Assembly (NCBI GenBank): GCA_039028615.1
Contig: JBCCHT010000004.1
Span: 1-64,000, forward strand
Source: Myxococcota bacterium
GTDB taxonomy: Bacteria > Myxococcota_A > Polyangia > Nannocystales > Nannocystaceae
Length of the DNA: 64,000 bases
Direction: 5' to 3'
Shown here piece after piece: positions 29,648 to 38,572 of the stretch. How positions within the stretch are numbered: position 1 is the first letter of the stretch; each line of letters starts with the position of its first letter. The notes below the pieces were generated by a model. That model searched no databases. It was not told the origin of the DNA and was given only the letters and a program-made list of their open reading frames with translations. Made by a program: the position numbers and the translations under genes.

Positions 29648-30169
29648 CTACAGCGCCGTCGCGCCCGACGGTTCGCCTTCGCGGGGTCGGGGAATCTCTC
29701 CGGGCACGGTCGGTCGCGGAGTGATGCTGCGACTCCGGGTGGCGCTCAATCGCCGCTGGCGTAGCTCCATGAGCCACTCCAGCGCCTCTTCTCGACCGCG
29801 CCCACCGGGGCCACCGTCGCGAGCCATCAGCGTGGGCTCGAGAGCCGCCAAGGTTCCGACGTCACCACCGAAATGAGACACGGCCGCCGCGTGCCGCCGG
29901 AGGATCCGCTTGAGCCGCACGCCGCATCGCGATCCACAGGTGGCGGCGACCCGGACACCGCGAAGATCCAAGAGCATGTCGACGGGTCGCGAATAGTGTT
30001 CGAGTGCCATCTCCAGCTCTCGGGCCCACCGCTCGACGTCGATCTCGTTGCGCAGCGCCACGTACTCGAAGCTCAGCTCGACGTACTGGCCGTGGGCCGT
30101 GAGTTCGAAACGCCACAGGCGCCAATCGTCCTGGGTTCCCGTACTGCGCTGGTCTTGGTTTTGCCCCAC
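29648..30169 (-). CDS. Hypothetical protein, possibly STAS/SEC14-like alpha/beta
   Basis: Amphipathic pattern VDMLLDLRG...REEALEWL; start uncertain. Confidence 0.55.
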   Translation of the reverse strand: MGQNQDQRSTGTQDDWRLWRFELTAHGQYVELSFEYVALRNEIDVERWARELEMALEHYSRPVDMLLDLRGVRVAATCGSRCGVRLKRILRRHAAAVSHFGGDVGTLAALEPTLMARDGGPGGRGREEALEWLMELRQRRLSATRSRSITPRPTVPGEIPRPREGEPSGATAL

Positions 30170-30422
30170 CCACGAACAGCCTACCGCGAACTCCCTTACA
30201 AATGGGCCATTCGGGACAGCGTGTTGGGCGCAACCCTGAGATTCAGATCACCAGATCTGGGCTCCCTAATGGTGTCCTTGATTGAATCCAGGATTTCGAG
30301 GTTCGTAATTCGTGAGTTTTCGATTACCGGACCAGGTGGTTTCAAAGCGCGATCGATCGGCGCTCGGGGAAGCCACGACGTGGCGCAGAACGCACAGCTC
30401 TGCTTGCTACAGTGACCCCCTC

Positions 30423-31856
30423 GTGGCCGTGCTCCGCATCCACTCCCCCATCGTGGGTCGCGAAGAACGGGTATTCGACTGGGATGGGGAACCCATCACT
30501 CTCGGGCGCGATGCGACGTGCGAAGTCGTGCTGCTGGAACGAGCCGCGTCTCGGCGGCACGCCCGGCTCGAGTGGATCGCAGGCGAGGCTCACCTCACCG
30601 ATTGCGACAGCGACAACGGGGTCTGGATCGATGGCGAGCGAGTCGAGTCGCGGGCACTGCGCGACGGCGATACGTTCCAAATTGGCAACACGAAGATCAC
30701 CCTCGTCCACGACCCCTTTGCCCAGTCGACGCTCGCGGGTGAACCCGCGCCGTCGGCCACGGTGAAGGTCGATCGTCGACCGGATACCAACCCCGACTCG
30801 GCCGCTCCGAATGCCGACGACGATGTCGTTGCGGCGGAAGAGAACGACCAAGCCGCACCCGCACCCGCCCCCGAAGAGCGGGCCGCTCAATCGGACTGGT
30901 CGTTGGGTGTTCAGCCGACTGCGCTCGGCTCCTCGGATGGACCGATGCACTCGGCGTCGGCATCGTCGGTGTACTCGCTCGGCGGGGACCCGAACGAAGG
31001 CAACCAGGGACCCGACGATCTCGGTCATGGCGTCCCTTCGTCTCCCTCCGACTATTCGCTGGGTGATGCTGCGCCGTCGGGCCCCGGCTTGCTCGAAGGC
31101 TCGGTGCCCTCGGTCTACTCCCTCGGTCACGCCAACACGACGCCGGGACCGGGTGCGCCCGTCGTCGATCGCTCCGGGCCTTCGGTGTATTCGCTCGGCG
31201 ACGACGACGGCACGCCCGGACGACAGGCGCCGGTCCAAGGCTCCGCGCCCTCCGTCTACTCCCTCGATGGAACTCCGCCTTCGACCGCCCCGGGCCCTGC
31301 TCCGTCGGCGCCCTCCGTCTACTCCCTCGACGGAACTCCACCTTCGGCCGCGCCCGGCCCCGCTCCGTCGGCGCCCTCCGTCTATTCGCTCGATGGTGCT
31401 CCGCCCTCCACTTCGGCCGGCTCCGCCCCTTCGGTCTACTCCCTCGACGGCACCCCACCGAGCGCTTCGCCGTCGTCGAGTCCTGGTCCGAGCGGGGCGT
31501 CGGTGTACTCGATGGGAGGTGATGCTGCGCCCCCGTCAAACGCAGCACCAGCCCCCGCCGTACCGACTTCGTCCGGGCGCTCCGACTACTCGCTCGGCGC
31601 CCCTCCGCACTTGCCTGGAGTCGGCCCCGACACTTCGGTCGCGGGTGCCCCAGTGGCCGAGCCCGCCGCGCCCTTGCACGTCCCTCCTCCCGCCCGGATC
31701 TCGCGCGTCGACTCATCGCGCCTGCGGGTCCGTCGGGCCGGCCCCACGCTCGGCCTCGGCCTCCTCATGCTCGTCGCGGGCGCGGCCGCCATCATCACGG
31801 CATTGATCGCCGGCTACGATCCCCGCGAGCTCGCCACGCTGCTGGGTACGGGATGA
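30423..31856 (+). CDS. FHA-domain membrane protein with Ser/Pro-rich repeat linker
   Basis: FHA motifs ITLGR...ASRRHARL...SDNGVW..G...LRDGDTFQIG; repeat region; single C-terminal TM helix. Confidence 0.88.
   Translation: MAVLRIHSPIVGREERVFDWDGEPITLGRDATCEVVLLERAASRRHARLEWIAGEAHLTDCDSDNGVWIDGERVESRALRDGDTFQIGNTKITLVHDPFAQSTLAGEPAPSATVKVDRRPDTNPDSAAPNADDDVVAAEENDQAAPAPAPEERAAQSDWSLGVQPTALGSSDGPMHSASASSVYSLGGDPNEGNQGPDDLGHGVPSSPSDYSLGDAAPSGPGLLEGSVPSVYSLGHANTTPGPGAPVVDRSGPSVYSLGDDDGTPGRQAPVQGSAPSVYSLDGTPPSTAPGPAPSAPSVYSLDGTPPSAAPGPAPSAPSVYSLDGAPPSTSAGSAPSVYSLDGTPPSASPSSSPGPSGASVYSMGGDAAPPSNAAPAPAVPTSSGRSDYSLGAPPHLPGVGPDTSVAGAPVAEPAAPLHVPPPARISRVDSSRLRVRRAGPTLGLGLLMLVAGAAAIITALIAGYDPRELATLLGTG
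30891..31601 (+). repeat. 11 dispersed peptide repeats S-[VD]-[YW]-S-[LM]-[GD]
   Basis: SDWSLG, SVYSLG x3, SDYSLG x2, SVYSLDG x4, SVYSMG counted in the translation. Confidence 0.9.
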
Positions 31857-33784
31857 TCACCGTGAAGCGAATCGCCCTCGCCATCGCCGTGCTGCTGGCC
31901 CCCGCCACCGCAATCGCGGCCCCGTGTGACGTACAAGGCATCGTCGTCGACCCCGAGGGCAACCCGGTGGTCGGCATCGACGTACGACTCGAAGACGGCG
32001 CCGCCCCGCGCCACACCAAGACCGACGAGCGCGGGGCGTTTCGCTTCGCCACCGTAGCCAAGCCCACCGCGGTGGTGGCCACGCTCCGCGATGCCGGCCA
32101 GGATCCCCGCTTCACCCTCGTCGAGGCCGACGCCCCGATCGAGCTGCGCACGAAGGTCGATCCCAGCGGTGACTGCACGGTCAGCCTCGGCGCCGCCGAT
32201 GGCCCGCCCGAGGCCGCCGCCCGGCTCGCGCTCTACCAGGGCTTGCGACGCGGCTTCGACCTCATCGACCGACTGGGCATCTCCAGCCGCACGCCGCTCA
32301 CCGTCGTAGTGGCCGACCCCATCGCCTCGGCCGACGCCGCGTACTGGGTGGGAACCTCGAGCTTCAACCCCGAGGACACCGTGCCCGCCCGCATCGTCCT
32401 GGGGCGCGACGCTTCGAGTGCGCTCGACCTCGGTGCCCCCGACAACCGCGAGTACCACGAGGTCGGTCACCATGCGCTGGCCTTGGCCTTCGGAGCCCTG
32501 CCCCGCTCCCGCGACAACCTCGACGATGGCGGCTACCACCGCAATCCCTCCTCGACCCGAGCGTGGACCGAGGGCTTCGCGATCTTCTTCGCGGCGATGG
32601 TCGCCCGCGAGATCGAGCAGCGCCCCGATGCCGGGCTCTATCGCGTCGCCGGAGGCACGCTCGACCTCGAGCTCGACTACCGCCCGTGGGACCTGGCCGG
32701 CCTCGAATCGGTGGCCGTCGCGGGGCTGTTGTGGGACCTGGTCGATGGCGATGCGCCAGCCCTCGGTTCACCGCTGAAGGTCGACAACCTCGCGCTGCGT
32801 GAAGACCCGAAGGCGGGGCACCTGCTCATTGGGCGGGTCCACAACCCTTCGTCCGAGACGGCGACGAGGCCCCGGGTGCAAGTCGAGACTCCGCAGTGGC
32901 GCGGCAGCGCGCCCGTGGCCGCGGCCCGACTCGAGCCGGACGCCGAAGCCTGGTTTGCGATGCCACTACCGACGGCCGTCGCCACGCTCGACGATCCGCT
33001 CGCCGCCATCGAAGCCCGCGCCACACCCAGGCCCGCCCACAGCGACGACGATCCCGTGCAGCTGAAGCTCGACGAGCTGTGGCCGGCCATCACTCAGCTA
33101 CGAAGCGAACGACCCGAGAGCAACGGCCGACTGCACGACGTCTCCGACCTGCACCACGCTCTCCGTGGCCGCTTCGGAGGCAAGGATCGCGATGGCGACG
33201 GCGTCGACGACATCGACCAATTGTTCATCGCGCACGGCCTATTCGCCGACCTCGATGGCAACCGAGCCCACGATGCGGGCGAGGCCGTCGGTCTGACATC
33301 CCACCCTGGCGCCAAGGTAACCGTTGACGGTACATCCACCGCTCGGCCCGATCTGATTCCACGGCATCGGCTCTCGCTGCCCGCGTCACTCACCGCTCGA
33401 CTCGAAGTCGAACCGTCCGATGCAGCGATCGTGGTGGTCGACTCGATGTCGAGCTGGGGGGGTTACCTGACCCCGCCCTCGCGGGACGGTGTGGTCTTGA
33501 TCCCCCCGCCTGCTATTGAACGATCCAGTGTCTCGGTGATCGCCATTGCACCCGAGCGCGAACCAACGGTGTTGTTGCACTTCGAAGCCTCGGCGCTATT
33601 GAACGAGCTCGAACGAAATACCACGCCGTTTCTCTCCGCCACCGCGACGTTGCCTGCGTTCAAGGGCGATCGAACGAGTGTCGCGGGCTCTCCGCAATGG
33701 CCCCAGTGGACGTTCATCGGCGGCGCCATTGCGATGGTGCTGGGCTTGTTGTTCGTGGCCATCGGTTGGCCTCGACCGCGCTGA
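31853..33784 (+). CDS. Exported membrane-anchored putative zincin metallopeptidase with CarboxypepD_reg-like domain
   Basis: Signal peptide; VQGIVVDPEGNPV; YHEVGHH then AWTEGFA; DRDGDGVDD Ca-binding-like loop; C-terminal TM; ATGA overlap with the FHA gene. Confidence 0.75.
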   Translation: MITVKRIALAIAVLLAPATAIAAPCDVQGIVVDPEGNPVVGIDVRLEDGAAPRHTKTDERGAFRFATVAKPTAVVATLRDAGQDPRFTLVEADAPIELRTKVDPSGDCTVSLGAADGPPEAAARLALYQGLRRGFDLIDRLGISSRTPLTVVVADPIASADAAYWVGTSSFNPEDTVPARIVLGRDASSALDLGAPDNREYHEVGHHALALAFGALPRSRDNLDDGGYHRNPSSTRAWTEGFAIFFAAMVAREIEQRPDAGLYRVAGGTLDLELDYRPWDLAGLESVAVAGLLWDLVDGDAPALGSPLKVDNLALREDPKAGHLLIGRVHNPSSETATRPRVQVETPQWRGSAPVAAARLEPDAEAWFAMPLPTAVATLDDPLAAIEARATPRPAHSDDDPVQLKLDELWPAITQLRSERPESNGRLHDVSDLHHALRGRFGGKDRDGDGVDDIDQLFIAHGLFADLDGNRAHDAGEAVGLTSHPGAKVTVDGTSTARPDLIPRHRLSLPASLTARLEVEPSDAAIVVVDSMSSWGGYLTPPSRDGVVLIPPPAIERSSVSVIAIAPEREPTVLLHFEASALLNELERNTTPFLSATATLPAFKGDRTSVAGSPQWPQWTFIGGAIAMVLGLLFVAIGWPRPR

Positions 33785-33905
33785 CGCGTGCCCGTTCTTT
33801 GGTCGAATTTCGACGATGGAAATCCTATCGTCGCACCATGTAGACGTTGGAAGGGGCAGATCGTGGATTCATCCGCGAGGGTTCCCCTTGCCAGTGAGCA
33901 CGATC

Positions 33906-35411
33906 ATGTCCCTACGTACGAAAGTCCCGACCGTCCTCGCGCTCCTTCCCCTTGCCTGCGGCAACCCCGATGGAGGGGAAGTGGCGACCTCCAGCCCGCC
34001 TCTGGACACTCTGGACCCGGTTGCGACCGACGAAGCCGGGGCCGAGTCGGGTCCGACGGCGGGCGGCGAGACGGTGGGTGGCAACGACGGCACGTCCATG
34101 ACGATGACCGCGGGCGAGACCGAGGACCAGGAAGACGAGACCAACGGCGGCGATGGTCCGATCTTCGACGTCGGCTCCGTCAACGACGTGGGCGACAACA
34201 ACGGCTGCGGCTCGCAGCCTCCCACCAACTCCACGCTCAGCGGCCGCGTGTGGGCGCCCAACGGCGAAATCCCCATCAGCAACGCGCTGGTCTACACGAC
34301 CACAACGGAGCCGACCGGCATCCCGCAGGGCGTGTATTGCGACGAGTGCCAGCAGATCGACTGCAGCAACTTCTTCACCTTCACCGATGTCGACGGCACC
34401 TTCGAGCTCGACACGCAGTCGGGTGATGCCCGCTACCTGGTCGTGCAAAAGGGCCAGTTCATGCGGGTCACCCAGATCGACATCGCCGAGGGCAGCAGCA
34501 TGCTGCCTGTCCCTCAGACCACTCTGCCCGGCGAGAACAACCCGGCCCAGGGCGAGTACATCCCGCTCATCGCGGTGGGCTACGGCAGCTACGACCGCAT
34601 CGAAGACGCGCTCGGAAAATTCGGCGTCGGTCAGACCAGCATCACCGGCTTCGAGGAGAACCTCGTGCCTGGTTCCGAGCCCTTCGACATCTGGGACAAC
34701 GGCGGCGGGCCGGCCTTCGACGGCTTCACCTCGCAGGGCACCCTGGCCCAGCTCGTGGCCGACCCGGCGCGGATGGACGACTACCACATCATCTTCGTCC
34801 CCTGCTCCACCGACGACTTCATCAACTCGCTCACGCCGGCCAACATCGCCAACATCCAAAACTGGGTCGCGGCCGGCGGGCGCTGGTACGTCGCCGACTG
34901 GGCCAACGAGTGGATGGAGCACGTGTTCCCCGACTACCAGACGCTCGACGGAGAGCCGAACGCCGCCGACGGCAGCGCGTACGACTCCGACGCCACCGTG
35001 CTCGACATGGACTTGCTCGACTGGCTGATGGCCCTGCCCGCCGATCTCAAGGACATCAACCCGCTCAACGACGAGTCCCACCCCACGCTCAACGACCTGC
35101 CCGCGTTCGTCACCACCGTGGACAACTGGTCGGTCATCGAGCAGGTCAACCCGGTGCTCGTCGACGACGGCATGGGCGGCATGGAAGACGTGGGCCACAA
35201 GGTATGGCTCGAGGGGCCCGGCAGCGGCTTCCCCGTGCACCCGCTGACCGTCTCCGGCGTCTACGGCTGCGGCCGCATCCAGTTCACCAGCTACCACGCG
35301 GCCGAGTTCTTCGACTACGTGGGACTGTCGCCGCAGGAGCTGGTGCTGCTGTACACGATCCTCGAGATCGGCGTCTGCCAGGAAAACCCGCTGCCTCCGC
35401 CGCAGGGCTGA
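33906..35411 (+). CDS. Myxobacterial lipoprotein with CarboxypepD_reg-like domain
   Basis: Lipobox PLAC; LSGRVWAPNG.IPISNALVY; TDVDGTFEL; GCGRIQFTSYH. Confidence 0.8.
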   Translation: MSLRTKVPTVLALLPLACGNPDGGEVATSSPPLDTLDPVATDEAGAESGPTAGGETVGGNDGTSMTMTAGETEDQEDETNGGDGPIFDVGSVNDVGDNNGCGSQPPTNSTLSGRVWAPNGEIPISNALVYTTTTEPTGIPQGVYCDECQQIDCSNFFTFTDVDGTFELDTQSGDARYLVVQKGQFMRVTQIDIAEGSSMLPVPQTTLPGENNPAQGEYIPLIAVGYGSYDRIEDALGKFGVGQTSITGFEENLVPGSEPFDIWDNGGGPAFDGFTSQGTLAQLVADPARMDDYHIIFVPCSTDDFINSLTPANIANIQNWVAAGGRWYVADWANEWMEHVFPDYQTLDGEPNAADGSAYDSDATVLDMDLLDWLMALPADLKDINPLNDESHPTLNDLPAFVTTVDNWSVIEQVNPVLVDDGMGGMEDVGHKVWLEGPGSGFPVHPLTVSGVYGCGRIQFTSYHAAEFFDYVGLSPQELVLLYTILEIGVCQENPLPPPQG

Positions 35412-35434
35412 AGGCCACCCGGCTCATCGCTCGT

Positions 35435-35462
35435 CGAGACCCCGCCCTTCGGCGGGGTCTCG
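35435..35462. terminator. Hairpin between convergent genes
   Basis: Perfect 12-bp stem cgagaccccgcc-cttc-ggcggggtctcg. Confidence 0.7.
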
Positions 35463-35466
35463 TCGT

Positions 35467-36336
35467 TCAGGGGGCCTTGCCGCCGAGCCACTCCACCCGC
35501 AGCGGGCAGTGGTCGGACACCACGTGGAAATCCTCGAGAGGCTCGCTCGCCAGGCGCCCCTCGCCGCCCGTCAGCTCGGCCATGCCCAGCGCCCGCACCG
35601 GGCCGTCGGGCGGCTCGCTGAGCAGGATGTGGTCGAGCATGGAGGGCACGTAGTCTCGCGTGCGCCGGTTGGGTCGCCAGTACGCGGTGCAGGTGACCCC
35701 GGCCGTGGCCAGGTGCATGTTGGCCGCCGCGACCATGCGCTGGATGTGCTCTCGCTCGTGGCGATCGTTGTCGAGGTAGCCCGTGCTGTTGAAATCACCC
35801 GCCACCGCCAGCGGGATGTGAAGCTCGGCTCGCAGCCGCTCGATGGACGCCACCAGGTGGTCCCACTGATCGCGGCGAGCCCGGTGCATCCAGCGACGAC
35901 CACCGTACTGCAGGTGAACCGACATCGCGGCGACGCGCGAGCCGTCGGTCGCCTCGAGCACCGCCAACAACGCGGGCGGGTGTCCGTCTCGACAGGAGCA
36001 GCGCGCCTCGGGGTCGAGCACCGCCTGCACCCGGGACTCGACCAGCGAGTAGCGCTTGCGATCGTGCACGACGCCCAGCTGCAGATCGCTGGTGCTGCAC
36101 ATCGGCCCCAGGCTCACCACGTAGTCGCGACCGCACAGCGCCGACGCTTCGGCCAGCACCGCGTCGAATGCCTCGGTGCCGCGAATCTCTTGAACCATGA
36201 ACAGGTCCACGTCGAGCTCGGCGATGCGCCGGGCGACGGCCGACGGCTCGGTGCCCCGGTCGGGGAAGAGCCGAATGTTGAATGTGCCGAGGCTCGGCAA
36301 CGGCGAAGCCTTGCAAGAGCGGACCGGTTCGCGCAA
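35467..36336 (-). CDS. Endonuclease/exonuclease/phosphatase (DNase I-like) family
   Basis: GTFNIR, MVQEI, SVHLQ, VAGDFNS, LDHIL, VSDHCP. Confidence 0.85.
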   Translation of the reverse strand: MREPVRSCKASPLPSLGTFNIRLFPDRGTEPSAVARRIAELDVDLFMVQEIRGTEAFDAVLAEASALCGRDYVVSLGPMCSTSDLQLGVVHDRKRYSLVESRVQAVLDPEARCSCRDGHPPALLAVLEATDGSRVAAMSVHLQYGGRRWMHRARRDQWDHLVASIERLRAELHIPLAVAGDFNSTGYLDNDRHEREHIQRMVAAANMHLATAGVTCTAYWRPNRRTRDYVPSMLDHILLSEPPDGPVRALGMAELTGGEGRLASEPLEDFHVVSDHCPLRVEWLGGKAP

Positions 36337-36374
36337 CTTGACGTGAGGGCCGCCCTCGATGATAAGCTGAACAC

Positions 36375-36845
36375 ATGAACAGCATCACCCCCGGGCGGGA
36401 TCCGGTCTCGGAGCCCATCGCCGCGCTGCTCGATGTGTACGGACAGCACGCCAAAGCGCTGTGTTTCCCCGATATCGACCATTCCACCCTCGACGCCAAC
36501 GCCAAGAGCCTCCGTGAGGCCGCGGCCGAGGTCGAACGCTGCGAGCTGGCTCTCGCCACGGCGCGCCGCGCCCTCGACGAGCACCGCCAGGGCCTGGAAG
36601 CCCGGGCTACGCGCGCCCTGGCCTACGCCCGCATCTACGCCCAGGACGATCCCGAGCTGCAACAGAGCCTCGGCACCATCGAGCTGTCCCCCCGGCGTCC
36701 GACCGCCCGACGCACCAACAAGAAGAACGGATCGAAGGCTCCACGGGCGCGCCGGAGCAAGGCGGCGAAGGCCGGCGACTCGGTGACCGAGCTGCCCTTC
36801 GCCGCCGACGAAGCGGGCGAAGTTCCGCAGGCCGACGTGGCCTGA
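36375..36845 (+). CDS. Hypothetical protein (coiled coil plus basic tail)
   Basis: FPDID...coiled coil...RALAYARIYA; Lys/Arg-rich C-terminal segment. Confidence 0.7.
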   Translation: MNSITPGRDPVSEPIAALLDVYGQHAKALCFPDIDHSTLDANAKSLREAAAEVERCELALATARRALDEHRQGLEARATRALAYARIYAQDDPELQQSLGTIELSPRRPTARRTNKKNGSKAPRARRSKAAKAGDSVTELPFAADEAGEVPQADVA

Positions 36846-36982
36846 AGCCGCGCGACGTCCCGTGCCCGCCGCATCGCTCGTGGTCCGAGGACCACGGGCC
36901 GAGGGGCACGTGGTCGCGCGCACCGAGGCGACGTTCGATCGACGCCCGGGTTGCATCCAGACGACGCCAGCGCACGGTCTGT

Positions 36983-37009
36983 TTTTTTTCGTTCGCCCCT
37001 CGAAAAAAA
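36983..37009. promoter_or_regulatory. AT-rich inverted repeat TTTTTTTCG-N9-CGAAAAAAA
   Basis: Perfect 9-bp arms about 95 nt upstream of the 37103 start. Confidence 0.45.
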
Positions 37010-37102
37010 TTCGCGACCGGCATTGGGGTCCCGCGTCATGGGATCGAAGACGGGAGGCCAACACCACCACCTCCCTCCCGCCCAACACGAGGACCCCCAA
37101 CG

Positions 37103-37576
37103 ATGAACACCCTCAAGATCTGGATGCTCGGCCTTTGCATTGCTTCCGTGGGCATGGCCCCCGGCTGCGTCGTGATCGACGACGACGACAGCGGCGACGA
37201 CGGTGCCGGCGACGAGACGATGGGCAACGGCGACGACGGCAACGGCGACGACGGCAACAACGGCGACGGTAATGCCGACGACGGCAACGCGGACGACGGC
37301 AACGCCGATGACGGCAACGCGGACGACGGCAATGCCGACGACGGCAACGCGGACGATGGCAACGACGATAGCGGTGCCCAGTGCTCCGAGACCGGCTCCG
37401 GCTGTGCCGTCAACGGCGACTGCTGTGGCTTCGACGACGGTGAGGCCAGCTGCATCGATACCGGCTCCGGCTTCGTCTGTGCCGCCCTGTGCGAGTTCAA
37501 CGAGGATTGCGCCAGCGGCTGCTGTGCGGCGCTCGAGAGCGGCGGGGGTGCATGCGCCCCCCAAGAGTTCTGCTAG
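37103..37576 (+). CDS. Small lipoprotein with (A/G)DDGN repeats and Cys-rich C-terminus
   Basis: Lipobox APGC; ADDGN x6 plus GDDGN x2; 12-Cys C-terminal domain; GAGGA upstream. Confidence 0.8.
   Translation: MNTLKIWMLGLCIASVGMAPGCVVIDDDDSGDDGAGDETMGNGDDGNGDDGNNGDGNADDGNADDGNADDGNADDGNADDGNADDGNDDSGAQCSETGSGCAVNGDCCGFDDGEASCIDTGSGFVCAALCEFNEDCASGCCAALESGGGACAPQEFC
37227..37363 (+). repeat. 15-bp tandem repeat encoding (A/G)DDGN
   Basis: gc(c/g)ga(c/t)gacggcaa(c/t) units with synonymous variation. Confidence 0.9.
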
Positions 37577-38526
37577 CCGCTCGCGCTCGTCGACGCTTCG
37601 CCATCACGCTCGACCAAGAACCGCTCGATGCTCAGATCCAGGCGACTGGCGATGAGCCCCATGAGCTGGTCGAACTCTCCACGCCCCATCCGAAGGCGCG
37701 CCTGTAGGCCGCGTCGGGTGGCGGTGAGCAGCTCCTGCCGCGTCTTGGCGATGCGTCGGGCCGCGCTCGATCGATGGACCTCCAGCAGCCCTCCCAGCTC
37801 GTCGATGGTCAGACCATGCAAGTAGTGGAGCCGCAGGAGGTTGCGTTGGGCCGGCTCCAGGTGGGTGAGCGCGTCGCGAAACGACTCGGCGAACTGCGCC
37901 CGGTACTGCTGCTTCAGCGCCCCGAGCTCGGGCCCGGTCGCCGAGGCCTCGATGGCCATGAGCGCTTCGTCGGAGACCAACGCTTGGCGTCGCTGCGCGC
38001 GGACCGAACTGAGCGCCTCGCGGACCGCCACCACGCGAACCCAGCCCTGCAGCGGACCCTGGCCGCCGTAGTGGGCGATCTTCGGCAGCTCGTCGCCCTC
38101 GGCCACGAGCAGCTTGGTGCGGACGCGTTGCTTGACCTCGTCCACGAAGGACGCCGAGGCATCCACCTTGCCGATCGCCGGCCCCAGCGGGGCCATGTGC
38201 TCGCGTTCGAAACGCTCGAGCGCCGCCGCATCGCCGCGCCGACAACAAAACGCCAGGTACGAGTCCGCCGCGTGCATGTGCGAGACCACCGACGGCAGCG
38301 CCTCGTCGGCGCTGTCCTCGGGCACACAGCGGGCGAGCTCGGGCCAGAACGCATCGAGCTTCGGCGACGCCTTGGGCCACGCCGACGCGATCGAGACCGC
38401 GACCTCGTCGAGGACCCGCGCCAGAGCCTCGCGCGTCGCGGGGCTGGGATCGCCGAGCCACGCCGCCAAGAAGCGGTCGACGGGGCGGGTCCCCTCGGCC
38501 TGCGGTGCGTCGGTCTCGGAGCGCAT
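37573..38526 (-). CDS. ECF-type RNA polymerase sigma-70 factor, myxobacterial family
   Basis: MHAADSYLAFCC..GD.AAL, YGGQGPLQGWVRVVA, region 4 QRNLLRLHYLHGLTIDELG.LL.VHRSSAARR. Confidence 0.88.
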   Translation of the reverse strand: MRSETDAPQAEGTRPVDRFLAAWLGDPSPATREALARVLDEVAVSIASAWPKASPKLDAFWPELARCVPEDSADEALPSVVSHMHAADSYLAFCCRRGDAAALERFEREHMAPLGPAIGKVDASASFVDEVKQRVRTKLLVAEGDELPKIAHYGGQGPLQGWVRVVAVREALSSVRAQRRQALVSDEALMAIEASATGPELGALKQQYRAQFAESFRDALTHLEPAQRNLLRLHYLHGLTIDELGGLLEVHRSSAARRIAKTRQELLTATRRGLQARLRMGRGEFDQLMGLIASRLDLSIERFLVERDGEASTSASG

Positions 38527-38572
38527 GGACAACACGGCTATCATAGTGCGGCGCCGTTCGAGGCACGGACCC

